A stretch of DNA of 63,974 bases, counting the filler, from Porpidia crustulata (lineage: Eukaryota): NCBI GenBank assembly GCA_964255105.1. It is 3 parts of 3 records of this genome, joined end to end, with 100 filler letters (N's around TTAATTAATTAA, not from the genome) between each part and the next. Parts side by side here need not be neighbours in the genome. Positions count along the whole stretch, not along the records: positions 22,712 to 45,221 come from CAXUWE010000086.1; positions 45,322 to 63,974 come from CAXUWE010000171.1; 1 more part is not named here. One strand, 5' to 3'. The number at the start of each line of letters is the position of its first letter. The first letter of the stretch is position 1. The notes beneath the pieces were generated by a model, which worked only from the letters and a program-made list of their open reading frames with translations, did no database searches and had not been told where the DNA came from. Positions 39,369-52,600 of the stretch are shown piece by piece. The translations under genes and the position numbers were made by a program.

Positions 39369-41870
39369 ATGATGTCAATGAGCCCACAATTACCGCTTCA
39401 GATCACATCCCCCCAAAACATTGGTAGTCCGGCCCCAATTCTTGCAAACGGTATCGGATCTGGTGAACTGGCAACAAACGAGGAAGACGATCGCTCGAGT
39501 TCGTTGAGTGACATAGAGGATCGCACAGCGAATGCCGAGCCTGGACTTGCTTCTCGGAGTATTGGTGGAGGCTCAGAAGTGAATGATACCGAGGCAGAGA
39601 CTGAACGCTTGGAAGACTCACCCCAAAAAGCACGAGAACATAAAAATGTCGTCCTTGGTTCATCCAACAACGGAAGGGCAAATACTACCGACTTCGATTC
39701 AGTCTCTGCAATTGGTAGTCCGCATGGACTAGGGACCGTGGAAGACCCCAATGAAAGATATGTCGTCCGCAAGGCTGACACCACTGGAGCTAGGATAGAC
39801 CAAAACTCTGAAATATCGTCGCTTGAGGATTCTAGCGAGGACGTTGAAAAATTGTTACCTCGTGCAAATGCAAAGTCCAGGAAGCGGAAGCGACAGAGCC
39901 CACGCAGTGATAGCCAGAGTGAAGGCGAGAAGACTGAGACCATGCCAAAGACAAACGTCCAGCCAATTTTGAGTCAAGCTCCTACCCGTTTGATTTCCGC
40001 AATTATAGAGCCGAAGATTGAAAACTCCTATGCAGATAACGATTTCAATTCTGGTACCAACGATATGGGGCATTTTGAGATCGAGGTGGCGAGCTCGCAT
40101 TATTTGTCACCCTCCAAAACGAAGGGCAAGAAGGGCAAACGAAAGGCCAAGAAAACAAAGTATGAAGATCCTGAAAGAGCTAACACTGCTGCTGTGGGTC
40201 ACAGTGTTCAGAAAGACCAAGTTGACATTATGGAGCAAGTGGATAGTAATGGAGATGACGCAGAAACGGAGGATATCGCGGACAGCGTTGAGCCTGACCT
40301 AGCGGCGAGGACTGAAGAAGGACGTGAGTAACATGCTTCATGACAGCCAGAATTATCAGTTGATTTTCCCCTACCCGGAGTGTATGGCTCACTAAGTCCT
40401 TCTCAGTCATGAAGAAGAAATCGGCAATGGACTCTCTTGGCGCCATTGAGAAATGCTTTGCAACGTTACGTGATAAGTAAGTTGGGATTTACTTTCTAAT
40501 TGTAGCGTATCAGCTGACTCAAGACTATCGGAAGACTTTTCGATGAACGACTTGCACAGTACAACGACGAGCTCGCGATGTTAGGCCAGACATCACCTTC
40601 CCACCCAGAATATCTTGCCCAAAAAGAGATCGTTGATCGACATCGCGACGAGAAGATCGATTACGAGGAAACCCTTTTCAAGTACAAACTTATCGCGCTT
40701 CAAAAAAAAAGCATTGCGGAGAAAGCCCAGATACATTCGCAGTACATGCAATCAGTCCGAGAGATCCGTGATAGGAACCTGGAACAACTCAACAGGGAGT
40801 GGTACCAGGTTCAGCGCGAGAGAAGAAGTTGCGAGAACAGCGAGCCAGAATACGCGTACAAATTCTCGACGCGGAGGTCGCAACAAATCCGTCAACAAAC
40901 AGCATACAATAATGAAGTCTCTATACTTTCTGGCGTAGCTAAGTATGTTGGATTCCCTGCAGCGCCAGATATCATGAAAGCGAGGCCCAAAGAGATCGAG
41001 GACGACCTCGCTGGAATTGCGGCAGCGATGAATGTAGGTCACGAGCAAAGCTGCGCCTATCATAGATCCTTTGCTAAGACACAAACACAGCATACAAACA
41101 CACAAACTTCTAAAGCGGTTCAAAGACAACCGTCGTCACCGAGAGCTAATCCATCATCTGGGATCGCAGGGTTTCCGCGACAGAAGCCTGCTGCTGAAGA
41201 ACGCTTTTTGGAACAAAATCCCTGGGCGAATCCCCAACATCCTGCGCATCATCAGCAGCAGCACCCTGCACAACGACAGATTCCTCATATCTCGCGGCCT
41301 TCGAGCCCATTCTCCACTCCTGCTGGACAGCGACGGATTGTGGATCTTACTGCAGCGCAGGGCTCTGCCTCTACTGTTGCTGAGCCGCAATCCGGACCTG
41401 GTTCGTCTACAGGGCCCACACCAGCCACGGATGAACGAACAGGGAGGGTCTCTCAAGTTGCTCGACCATCTATGACCGAAACCACTTCGGCTGCCCCGCC
41501 GAGCAGGCTTGTCGAAACGCCCAGCATTAGTCACACGCCTGGCTCGCTGTTGGCAGAAGTACGGACTGAAAGAGCAAAGGATTCAGAATCCAGCACCGTG
41601 GGAGTCTCAGAAGCATCAAGTGGCCTTGGAGCCCCTGGACAAGATGTTTCAAGAATCTCGCATGATCTGAAATCGTCGGTTTCAAATAGCGGCATAACCC
41701 TGAGCTCGCCAACGAATCCCCCTTCATCCTCACAGACCCGATATGCTGTTGTCAAAGCCGGTGATACTTCACAGCTACCACACCCTTCGCCTACTCTGGT
41801 CGATCACGAACATCGCAGCTCCAATAGGATCCCTGCAAATGGAAACCAAGAGAGATTTGGCATCTCGTAA
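39369..41870 (+). CDS. DEP1: Sds3-like Rpd3L complex subunit (Dep1-like), multi-exon
   Basis: N-terminal DRSSSLSDIE and DTEAETERLEDSP; Sds3 coiled coil AMDSLGAIEKCFATLRDKLFDERL...HPEYL...AYNNEVSILSGVAKYVGFPAAP. Confidence 0.85.
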
Positions 41871-42479
41871 TTCATACTTTCTATATTTCTCTGGCACCTG
41901 GATTATGGTAGGTAATATCCAAGCGGCGACTTGGACGCAAGTACGGATGGAAACGACTTAGTTGATACGTTGTAATATAACGCGGCCGACATGTGTATAA
42001 CGAGGTTTACAAACGTGAAAAGTGTGATACCAGTCTTACGCAGTGCCTACCTGCTCGCGGTTCTTGCCTCCTCTTCACAGAGGATATCTGAGGTCATCTT
42101 CGGACAATTGTACTACAAGGACAAACAATTTGATTGTTATTTAAATTTTGAGCGCAGGCACCGTCATTTGGTGCCTCGTCTTTAAATGTTCATGGATGTA
42201 GAATTCCGAGCCTTTTCTGTGATCCTGCCTCGGACTTATGTTACTGGCTAGAACGACAGAAGATTCTCTATGGATCATTAATCCTGTGATACCTCGCCAA
42301 ATCAGGACACCTAGAGTGTTCTTTGTAAATATGTAGCCCAGGTCACCATAGCCTCCTGTAAAGTATCCAGACAGCTACGGCATTGCGCCACTGTAGGGCG
42401 GTGCTCTCTTTCCCCAATCGGGATCAACGCCACACCCTGCTACGACATCCTCCGTTCTCCTATCTTCCTGCTCAGCAAC

Positions 42480-44314
42480 ATGGTCCCTCAGCCTGCCCGC
42501 ACCAAGACATACACCCGCCAAACCCAGAATGCTGGGATTGGCGTGTTTGCATCAGAAGACATAGGCCCTGGAGAGCTGGTTCTGCACATCCCCCGGCCTC
42601 TGGTTTCGGCCCTCGATACTCCACATTTGACAGATACGTGTTATAGCTGCTATCTATGGCTTCCTGGAAATAAGGTGGACGAGGAACTTGAAGACGACGG
42701 AGCTCATCAGGTGTCTCTGAAGACGTGTACGGGATGCAAGGTCGTTAGGTATTGTAGTAAGGTAGGTTTGATCGGTTGGCATTTCTTCTATGGTCTACGA
42801 GGTTCTCGTTTGAGAAGCGTACTAGGCGGGTGTGCAATTTTTCTCTCTTTATAGTCTTTAGACACTTCAAGTAATCCTTGATGGACTCTCCTCCGCTTTG
42901 AAAGCATATTAATATGGCGCTTTGACTGTTTGACAAACATGAATACCTGGAAGTTGGAAAATTGCTATTTCCCATTTAAATTCCTTTTATTCAGAGTTGG
43001 GTTCCCAATGTACTAGAGCTTACTTCCTCTGCCATCAGCAATGCCAAAGCCAATCATGGAAGCACCATCACAAACACGAGTGCAATCTATTCAAAATCCT
43101 TTACCCGCAAGTCCTACCCAATACTGTCCGCATGATCGCCCAGATTCTGCTCCGAAGAAAGGCCAAATCACTGCCAGAAAAAGATTGGCAGGATTTTCTC
43201 AGTCTTCAATCGCACTTCGATGATTTTAAGTCACAGCAAAATAGGAGCGAACAGAATCGTACGACATGGGAGCAACTCGAGCTCATCAGTCAAGGTATCT
43301 ATAAGTATTCTGGAACATCCGAGTCATATGTGTTCGTGCAAGCATTGGTTGCTCGCGTAAGTCGGCTGGTAAACCCAAGATTCTCCCGTCGACAGCCTCT
43401 GACAACCGCGTCAGGCTTTGATCAACGGCCACACCCTCGTAACACCAAGTTTCGATCCCCTTGGAATCTATATCTCCACACACACCGCCCGTATCAATCA
43501 CTCTTGCGTCCCCAACACTGCTTGTGTCTTTTCAGGGCCATCGCTGTCCGTTCGATCGGTCGAGCCAATACCCAAAGATGACGAGATCTTCATCTGCTAC
43601 ACCGACAATAGTGTGAGTACTCCTAGTCGCCGATCTGAGCTTCAAACTCGCTATTTCTTCAACTGTAACTGCAAGGCTTGCCTCGGAGGAATGACTTGCT
43701 CCATCCCGGATACTCCCTTATCCCCTGGCGCTTCTTTTGACGCTATCGACGTTAAAGCGCTGAATTATCAGGCGGAGATCATTTCATCATCGCCTACAGA
43801 CCAAGCCAGACTGCTCACAAAGGCAATGGACCTTTTCACACCCTACAAATCCATATACCCAGTCCACCGCCAACCCTGGGCTTCTATCCGTCATAGTTTC
43901 ATGCTCGTCTTGATTGACGTACAAAATTGGCCTTCAGCACTCTCTCATGCCCTTAAAGCTTACTTTTACATTGATCCGGTTCACTGTCCCCAAACCTGGC
44001 ATCCCGTTCGCATCGTCCGGAAATGGGTATTACTCAAAGTGGTCTGTCAGATCGTATTTCTAAACGATACTGGTCAATTGGAGGAGCTCAAAAGGTATGA
44101 GATTGACTGGGCGATCGTGGGGTATGGATTATTACAAGAAGTGAGGGACGGGGTGGGCAGGAGCCATGGCGAGGATAATATTTTTGCCAAAGAGGTGGAG
44201 GAGATGCATGCGCAGGGGATTTTGAACCAAGCCAAGAATTTGAGGGTTGCTGGGATGGAGGTCTTAGAGAAGGAATGGACGAAGCTGAGGGCTATCGCAG
44301 ACGAAGTTGATTGA
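42480..44314 (+). CDS. SET and MYND domain (SMYD-type) lysine methyltransferase, 3 exons
   Basis: GIGVFASEDIGPGE; MYND CYSC..CTGCKVVRYCSKQCQ..W..HHKHEC; SET RINHSCVPN and EIFICY; post-SET CNCKAC. Introns 42762-43038 and about 43357-43414. Confidence 0.9.
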
Positions 44315-44908
44315 GGAGTGCAAGATTCAGCACGCATGATGTACTATCATATTCTAGATTCGGTTCTTGCTTCCAGCAGATCTGAAGCAATACGGAATAA
44401 TGTGAAAGGGCGTAAACCAAAGACGATAAGTGAGCTGTACGATGACGCAATACACATTCTGGATAACATTGAGATTTTGATAGGCATAGAAAGGGGGCCG
44501 AGGATGACATGTAATCGCGAACATGAATTGAAACAGGATGTTGGAGAAAATTATTATACAGATACGACGCCGATGAGGCCGACATCCACACTTGACGCTG
44601 ATCCTAGACTACATTTGCAGACATGGCGGCTTCGTGTTTACTCGATAAATATCCTCGATCTCCGTAAAAGCGACAGGAGACTAGCAAGTGAGTATGTTGC
44701 CCATTGGCGGCTGAGGTGATTCGGAGTCTGTGGGGAGTGACTTCCTGGAATAGGAGTTTGATCAGTCATGCGTGCGATCAGGACTGATGACTGTGTTGGA
44801 TAGAGGTGCCCAGATCGAATAGTGGACAATGAAGAATAGATGAGGTGATTGTGAAAGGAAATAGAAAATAGTGGATGATTTTGCTTCTTCAGTCACAGTG
44901 TAGACAAC

Positions 44909-44950
44909 ACGCGTTCTTATTCACTCGTCAGCCAGACGCGTTCAACGCGA
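44909..44950. promoter_or_regulatory. Cluster of MCB-like elements (ACGCGT x2, ACGCGA x1)
   Basis: ACGCGT at 44909-44914 and 44936-44941, ACGCGA at 44945-44950, about 150-200 bp upstream of ATG 45104. Confidence 0.5.
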
Positions 44951-45103
44951 CGTGCGCGATAAGCGATTTGGTAAGGCCGAGAAACGCCAACCTAATACGG
45001 CAAGGACGATATTAAATCAGTGTCACTTTACTTCCATTGAATTGCCCTGCTAAGCCGAATAGTGCATCAAAGCACTTCAGCATTGAGGGAATGATTCTTG
45101 AAG

Positions 45104-45221
45104 ATGAGTGCTTCAGGATTCACATTTCCTCCCCCCCCTCCCCCTCCTCCTCAAGCTCCCCAACCCTACCCTAGCTACCCTCAGAATGGCAATGCTCAAC
45201 GAAATGGCTATGGTACACAGG
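45104..45221 (+). CDS. 5' fragment of a gene truncated by the gap (Pro-rich N-terminus)
   Basis: MSASGFTFPPPPPPPPQAPQPYPSYPQNGNAQRNGYGTQ is open up to the Ns and is too short for the ORF track. Confidence 0.65.
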
Positions 45222-45321
45222 NNNNNNNNNNNNNNNNNNNNNNNNNNNNNNNNNNNNNNNNNNNNTTAATTAATTAANNNNNNNNNNNNNNNNNNNNNNN
45301 NNNNNNNNNNNNNNNNNNNNN
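45222..45321. other. Artificial contig/scaffold linker
   Basis: 44 N + TTAATTAATTAA + 44 N. Confidence 0.97.
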
Positions 45322-45586
45322 GCACCAAGCCATCAAACCATTTCCCCTTCCTCAACCCCATCGTCCAATCCCCCCGACACCCTCCACTCATCTCCCTCCC
45401 ATCCACAACCAACATCCATCCTCAAAAATCCTCCGCCACAAAAATGAACAGCCAGCCACGGCGGGGTATCACATCGCTAAAACCGCAGCACTTAAGTCGT
45501 CCCAAAAACTCATCTCCCCCGGTCGGTCCCTCGTTGCTTGTCCACTAACATCTACTAAAAAAATGTGTTTTCCATGCTCGTGAGTC

Positions 45587-48500
45587 TCAGGCGTGCGGCA
45601 CGCCGGCCGCATCGCCGAGCCATCTCCGGACGCCTTCGCGGAGACTGCTATCGGCCATGCCTCCGCGTTTCCCTTCGTTCGCGTCTCTTAGGCCCGGTTT
45701 GCCGGATTTCCCATACTCCATCTCCGCGCTGACGCTCAGAGCGACCTGTTCCAGAGCGCCTAGAACCATTTTCCGACATTCGCTCCTGGGTACTTCGAGG
45801 GAGGGGCTGTGCTCGGGGATACGGTCTCTGTTGTTGCTGTTTTGTGAGACGTTGGGGCGAGAAGGGGATGGAGCGCGGGAAGGCGCACGCGATGAGGTAC
45901 CGGATTGGGCGAGCACGCGCTCGACGGCGTCGATGAGGGTGGCGTCGAGGTCCATGATGTGGGATTCATGGATGCGTTCGATTTCGGGGTCGGTGCCGTC
46001 CTCGGTGCGTTTGCCGATGCTGCGACGTTGTAGGCAAAGGCGTGTGACGGAGAAATTGGTGGCGTCTGCTATCAATGTTGTACAAATATCGGTCCACTTT
46101 TGAGACGGCAGAGAGTCTTCTCCCAGGGAGGTAGTAGAGGTAGAGGGCTGGTAAGGCTCGGCGCGCATTGAATGTTTAATATCTTCTTTAAGTGCGGCGT
46201 AGGGTTGCACGGCTTGAAGGGAAAAGTCTTGATGGTATTTCTTTAGCCAGCCAGCAACATCGATTACGGGGTCGGATCCTGCCGATAGAGGCTCGTGGAA
46301 TGAGTGGCGAGTGTGAACAGAGGAACGATCGTTGAAGCTGCTGGCAGCCGTCTGAGAGCCTTTCGGAGAACTCAAAGATGACGCGAAAGAAGAAGAGTAG
46401 GAATTCGTCATGGGAATGTCCACGTCAACAACACCATCATTTTCGTCAATGGATAGTTTCACTGGAAATTGTTCAGGTTTCGGTCTCACGGGAATGTTCT
46501 TTGCAGATGTGGTTGATTGGTTCGATAATTGGTATTCGGTAATATTTTCTGGTGAGCCGATGAGGGTGGTTGGATGTCGCAGGCTTTGCGATGTAGGTGT
46601 GTTGCCCTCCATGGAACCTCGATTCCTCGAAGCTTCTACGTCTTCCACCATTCGAGCTAATTTATTGCTGGATCGTGCACTCCCAAAATCTTTGGGGACT
46701 CCAGAAATTCCGAGCCCCTCCTGCGACGACGCCACAGCATCACTATCATCGGTAGACGAATTCCGTCTCACACTCCAGAAACCACTGATTACGCTGCCCC
46801 ACCCTCGCGAAGACTGGGAGCCCGAGATTGCTTGTGCGCGATCATTGCTCTCAGACCGAGAAAGTGTATGTTTCAAAGACAGAGAGGCAAGGCTCCCACT
46901 ACTGCCAGGCCTCGGCTCGGCCGAAGTGCCCATCCATGGTTCTTTCGAGTAGCTGGAGAAATGAGGCACCAGTATGGGAGGTTCTGGTGTTACTGTGGCC
47001 GTCGTTGTGGTGCTACTTTTACGGGTCAACACGTTTCCTGAAGAAATCGGAAGTGGCAAAGTTCGGATAGACATGACATCAGAAATTCGTCGGCCATGCT
47101 GTAGGACCTGAGACTCCCCAGCACCATAATGCCGACCTGTAAAGCTGACAGATCTCTCATGCCTAGTATTTATTCCGCCTCGACTTGCTTTCGATCTCCG
47201 ATTGATTGACCGGCGAAGAGACTGCTGTCGAAGCATTGAGACACCGGATGGGGGCGACTGGGAGTAACCAGCATTTGATAGGGATGATGCAGGTCGAGAT
47301 ATTGCATTGTAATTATGATGACGATCATTTGGCAAGAACGCGGAGAGTAGAAAGATGAGTCTTCTAGAAGCCATCTTATCCGGAGACACAATCACAGTGC
47401 GGTGTTGAATCGTACTTATCTCTCGAAGCGAGCCGTGAAGAAGCTGAGTATGCCGACAACGATACCAGCTTGGCCCAAGAGAATCTAGCCATTCGGTGTG
47501 GCACCCGAGGAAGGCAGTTAATAGATTGAACAGGAAGAAATTCTGCTCTCTCCCTCCAGCCCATCGTCCCGCCCAACGAGCCTCTTCTCGCCACATGCCC
47601 CACCGTCCTTGACCAGCAACAACCCGTTTGATATTCAGAGCCAGCGCAACCCGATTTCCGGCGGCAGAAGCCTCTTGCTGAATATCGCTAAATTGTTGAA
47701 GTGCCCCTGGTTGAAGTTGGACCGTTCGCTGTGACGGCGGCTTTGGCTGCTTCAATTTCAAATTTGTTTGCGACCCGCCAGCCTCGTTATTTGTACCGAT
47801 CGGCATTGTTAGCGACCTCGGAAAATTTTCTGAGGCTTTTGTTAATAAATCATGGATTCTGTTTCGTGCAACTATTTCGAGAGATGATATAGCTCGCGTC
47901 AATATATTCCAATGCGCGACAACATATTCTAGATTACGCTCAGCATTATTGACACACATAACAGAGTCTAGAGGATCGTTGCACGGTAGTATGTCGATGG
48001 GTAATGTACCCAGCTTAGTGGTTTCGGGTGCCCAGACGTTAGATGTACCAGGTCGCAGACCGAGCGTCAGTGAACGCTGGTGAGTAGCTGGTAATTGTAG
48101 GACAATGGCGACTGCATAAGTAGGGGTCTTCAATCGCTTTGCCTCATCGGGTTTTTCTGAAGGTTTCGGAGGTCGTGTGCTTGGGTCTTCGATTCTTTCA
48201 TTTGCAAAGTCTGCGGAAGATGATTTCGTAGCTATCTGCTCATGGCGAAGATTCGATATGGGATCAACAGAGAATAGTCTCGTAATTAGGATGGAAGTGC
48301 TTTTGAAACGTAGTGCACATGGATCTACTTCTTCAACTATCGATTGAGAAACTAATTCATGTAAATCCTCCGCGGTGGTTGATCGCTTTAGAGGTGTACG
48401 TTTCTTTGCGAACATACGAGCATTAGCTGGCTCTGGTATTGTCGGAATAAACCCTCCACCAGCGGTGATATTAGAGGATCTAGGTGGCTTGACATGCAAT

Positions 48501-49216
48501 TTCGTACTGGAGATCAACGGTAGACCAGTGGATCCAAACATACATCCTAATAATGCTTCCGTTTCCTCTTTGTTCTCTCTTACGAGACGGCCCTGGGTGG
48601 TTTCGCCTTCACTAGTTACCTGCCTTGTGTCACATCTCTGAAGTCTGGGATTACTGAAAGCCCCTGTGGGTGTCTCAGGGGAACGAGGTAGACTTGGTGA
48701 CGCGTTTGACGATAGAGATTGAGGCATCTCTGCGAGCGAAGAATTCCGGCTGTGCCACCTCCTCGCTGCAGTACGCGAGCCATGCCTTGTCAGATCTACT
48801 GGCTTCGGCTCTTCTTGTTCGTCGCGTTGGATCGCGCCTTTCGCACTTGCTTGTTGAATGGCGGATGAAAGAGGAGGCTGAGAATCATATAAAATTCGGG
48901 GCTGCTGAGAGATTACATTGCCATCTTGCGCTATGATTACTCGGATATCCCGAGGGCTTTGTATATCCAGACCCCCCCGATCATCGGGACTGTTGGCAGC
49001 AAGAGCCGTTGATGATGACTCGGTATGCTGAAGAGGATATGTTTGGCATTGCGCTTGCCCTAAAGCGGTGACGTCTGGATACAGAAGATTGGAGGTATGG
49101 GCTTCTTCCGTCACCGATTCCAGTGGTATGTGTGGCCTTGGGGAGTGCGGAGCTGTTGAGACAGGCGTCGAATGAAACAGCCGATGTAGGCCGGAGACTG
49201 GCAGCTCCATGAACAT
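45587..49216 (-). CDS. Folliculin-interacting protein (FNIP/Lst4-like); start codon uncertain
   Basis: About 1200-aa ORF with LESVTEEAHT..LLYP, DIRVIIAQDG, LLGCMFGS, SSTKLHV, ILITRLFSV, VVAGQGRWGMWREEARW, RRLIFLLSAFLP, VAGWLKKYHQDFSLQAVQPY. Confidence 0.85.
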   Translation of the reverse strand: MFMELPVSGLHRLFHSTPVSTAPHSPRPHIPLESVTEEAHTSNLLYPDVTALGQAQCQTYPLQHTESSSTALAANSPDDRGGLDIQSPRDIRVIIAQDGNVISQQPRILYDSQPPLSSAIQQASAKGAIQRDEQEEPKPVDLTRHGSRTAARRWHSRNSSLAEMPQSLSSNASPSLPRSPETPTGAFSNPRLQRCDTRQVTSEGETTQGRLVRENKEETEALLGCMFGSTGLPLISSTKLHVKPPRSSNITAGGGFIPTIPEPANARMFAKKRTPLKRSTTAEDLHELVSQSIVEEVDPCALRFKSTSILITRLFSVDPISNLRHEQIATKSSSADFANERIEDPSTRPPKPSEKPDEAKRLKTPTYAVAIVLQLPATHQRSLTLGLRPGTSNVWAPETTKLGTLPIDILPCNDPLDSVMCVNNAERNLEYVVAHWNILTRAISSLEIVARNRIHDLLTKASENFPRSLTMPIGTNNEAGGSQTNLKLKQPKPPSQRTVQLQPGALQQFSDIQQEASAAGNRVALALNIKRVVAGQGRWGMWREEARWAGRWAGGREQNFFLFNLLTAFLGCHTEWLDSLGPSWYRCRHTQLLHGSLREISTIQHRTVIVSPDKMASRRLIFLLSAFLPNDRHHNYNAISRPASSLSNAGYSQSPPSGVSMLRQQSLRRSINRRSKASRGGINTRHERSVSFTGRHYGAGESQVLQHGRRISDVMSIRTLPLPISSGNVLTRKSSTTTTATVTPEPPILVPHFSSYSKEPWMGTSAEPRPGSSGSLASLSLKHTLSRSESNDRAQAISGSQSSRGWGSVISGFWSVRRNSSTDDSDAVASSQEGLGISGVPKDFGSARSSNKLARMVEDVEASRNRGSMEGNTPTSQSLRHPTTLIGSPENITEYQLSNQSTTSAKNIPVRPKPEQFPVKLSIDENDGVVDVDIPMTNSYSSSFASSLSSPKGSQTAASSFNDRSSVHTRHSFHEPLSAGSDPVIDVAGWLKKYHQDFSLQAVQPYAALKEDIKHSMRAEPYQPSTSTTSLGEDSLPSQKWTDICTTLIADATNFSVTRLCLQRRSIGKRTEDGTDPEIERIHESHIMDLDATLIDAVERVLAQSGTSSRAPSRAPSPSRPNVSQNSNNRDRIPEHSPSLEVPRSECRKMVLGALEQVALSVSAEMEYGKSGKPGLRDANEGKRGGMADSSLREGVRRWLGDAAGVPHA

Positions 49217-49684
49217 GGTGAAGACAAATAGGATAAGTAACCCGGCGGAATAAATCTTAGCAACATTGGCGCCAACTAGTCGCCAGCTGCACATTTATTA
49301 CGGCTGAGAGTGCCATATTCTCTTGCGATTGTGGGCTTGGAAGGCGTGCTCAGCGTTGATGCTGAAAGATGAAGATCGTGTGGGGTACAAAGGTTGAGCA
49401 GTGGCAGCGGCGGTATCTTCATGAGTTGTAGTCTTTAGAAAAGACGGTGAAAGATTCTACGCTAAACCGCCCTGTAAGGCGCAGTCACTGCATCAAAAAT
49501 TGACCCGTTGAGAATTCAAACACTCCAAAACAAAACCCAATAAGAGAACACTTAAAATATCAACACGGGTAAAATCTCATTATAATACGATATGACTAGA
49601 AACGTCTGTCTGTCTTACATAGATAAATCTTATATCACGGATTGTAGTTCAGTCAATGGCTACGCTTCGAGAGGTCCTGAGATA

Positions 49685-52600
49685 TCAGCTTTGTATGCCT
49701 AGTTTTGCTCGCAACTGTTGGACACCTTGTTTGAGATCCTTGACAGGTTCAGACCAGTTGATCGCTATAAGTCCCTTTCCTTCCGCAGTGGCCACCAGTA
49801 CGACAGCATCAGCAGCAGTATTTCGAATCTATCATGTGAGAAATTAGTAATCGTTCTGTCAAAGCCTGCCAGAGGAAAGCGCTCAGACCAACCTTTGGGA
49901 ATGGATGTAAGAGCAAGGAACACAACTGAGCAAGTGCCTCTTTCCTCGCAGCACCCACAGTGGCGAGCCCAGAGTAGATTTTGACAGCCGCTTCTAATTT
50001 GCGGACATTGCTAGATCTATAGTGGGTCTTATGAATTACATTGAGCAGCTTGGGCCACCTTGGAAGAATCAGCGTCGTTCCTTTAGTAAAAGGTCAGCGT
50101 GACTCACGGGAAGCCATATGGTTCAAGACATTGCATGACTCCAACATCGAAAAGAAACCCGAGTGTGTCTAGCGCAGGAGCGAGAAGCCTGTCAGTGAGG
50201 ACGTTCTCATGAACGATGTTCACGAGAGACTGGCAGAGATTAAGAAGCTCATCTTGGTCAAGGTCCTCGCTATAATGTATCAGGGCTGCTCGAGATGACC
50301 AAAGCAGCGATTCCGACCCGGCACCGGCTGAGGTGAGATAGCCTTTAAGGAGAGGCGTTCTGACCCAGTCGAGAGAGCACAACGATAGTAGTTGGCGAAA
50401 GTATGTCTCTGTTGATGTGTCCGAGATATCTAAAAGTTCTCTATAGATGTATTAATTAGCCAATGCCGAGGATGGCCTTGTCCTCGAATCTTACGACAAT
50501 GGCCTGGTTTGGTCTCCAAAGACAGCCCAGTGGTCCCTCAAAATGGACCATGCTCGGAACCTGACTTTGTCAAGTTTCTCACAGGCGAGACCGCAAATTC
50601 TGGATACCAGATCTTGTATTACTTCTTGATCTCTTAGAAGACCATGCTTCAGTGCTACGCTAACGGCATCAATGGCTTCCATCCGGACCATAGATCCTAC
50701 ATCCCCTCGCCGGTCGGTGGTGTAATCATTGAGACAAAGCCTGAGCGCAGTTGTTATAGAAACGGTCGTCACTAATATTTATCAGTTCGTAAACTCCTGT
50801 AAGCATGCCTCTTTGTTCGTACCATTGCCTCGAAGAATTCCAGAAGCTAAACTGCGAATGGCGGCAACTCGTGATTCAATCTCAACCCCTGGGCCAGTTT
50901 GGGATAATAGGCTATTTACGACAGTCTGCTGGATTTCTGTCAGAATATCTGGATCGTCTGCAAGGAAGTGGTGAAAAACAAGGCCGAGGGCTGCAATGAC
51001 CCCGAAAGCCTTGGCTCCACCACGCGATTTGTTCGAATTATCCCGACCGAGTATACCCACCCATTCGTGAACCAGAATCTCTCGCTCACTGTCGTTGAGA
51101 AGGCTAAATAAGTTGTCGGCAGCATTGGCAGACATCGTCACCACGATATCTTCTGCACGATTTAAACACAGATTCAAAATGTCCGTGCACCTTGAGATCT
51201 CTGTACTAGTTGGGTACGGTGAACTTAGTTGAGGCATATCTGTCAAGTTAGACCCAGAGAAGCGAGCAAGTACTGAGAGAAAGGCACACGAAGCTTCTGC
51301 AATCAAATCTGGCTTAGTACCCAACAATGCTTGCCCATCTTTGAATAGGGGCGATTGAGGATCGAATAACTTCCACAAGGCTACTATTGATGTCAACGCC
51401 CGCACTTCTAGGCTCTTTTTCTCGAGTAAAGCTTCACGAATAATGGCCGCCAAGGCGAGAAGCAAGCCATGCCGCTCCTCGACTTGACGCATTGGGGTTC
51501 TTCTCAATATGTCACACACTTTTGCCAAGGCCACAGGAATATTACCTGTACCGCGACACACGGCCAGGGACCCAATCGCTAATGCAGACAGACGACGAGT
51601 TGGCGCATCTGGCGATCCTAAGCCTCTCCACTTCAGCACACCGTCTAAGATACTCTCCCAGTACAGAGGATCTAATATCGATGCGTCTATGGCTACTTCC
51701 TGTACTGCTCTCGACCGTAGCGCCACAGCGTGGTAGTCTACGACCTGCACGAGCGAGATACCCTCGACTATCACATCAGGGTGACGGCCTATCAGTTCTT
51801 GTAAAGCGGCTGATGCACCTCGGCGAATGTTACCGGACAGGTCCAACGTTGCTGCAACTATTATCTCATTAGCCAAAGCTTGTAGTACTGTAGTAAGATG
51901 CTCATGGCTGTTGGCCGCTTCAACCATAGACGCATCGATCATGCACAGTTCCTCCGAGTTGTATCGCCTCGCTAGTGCCCATATACCGAAGCATGCTGCA
52001 TCTCGGACGTTCGTGCCAATGGACCCGCCGACAGAAGATCGTTGCTCAAAGCGAAGCGCAAGTATCAAAGCATTCAATATACTCGGTAATTGTTCTGGCG
52101 GCGGTGAACGTCGGTAGAGGAGATGGGATAAGGTCAGAATAAGCCCGTGCCATCTTAGAGCATCAACAGCCGTTACATTACGCTTAAGCGGACCCAGGAT
52201 AGACTGTTGCGCAGCACCATTAGCAAGGACTTGGCCAGTCGAAATATCTTCCCACAACATGTTCTCCTCTAGGCTCCCAACAATCGCATCGACCACCTCT
52301 GCGGCCATTGCTGATTCTAGTCTTACGACAACGACGCTTAGTGCCTTGCTTGCTGCGTACCTGACTGGGGTATCCTTGTCGGCCAGGCTGTTAAGTAGGT
52401 GCTCAATCACTTCTTCTAATACATCCGAAGGTAAATCGGGAAATTTGGAAATTGTGTTTGCAGGGTCGAAAGAAATCGTTGAGATCGTTATTGCTCGGAG
52501 GATTTTAATGATTGATTTCCGTGCAAGCGCCGATGAATTTATCATATTTGAAGATTGACTTTGAGCGCTGGTGATGCGCTGTACGATTTGAAATATTTTA

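Noticed and set aside
44318..44719. 133-aa ORF starting 3 bp after the SMYD stop
   Set aside because: GTG start, no room for a promoter and no motif; probably 3' UTR.
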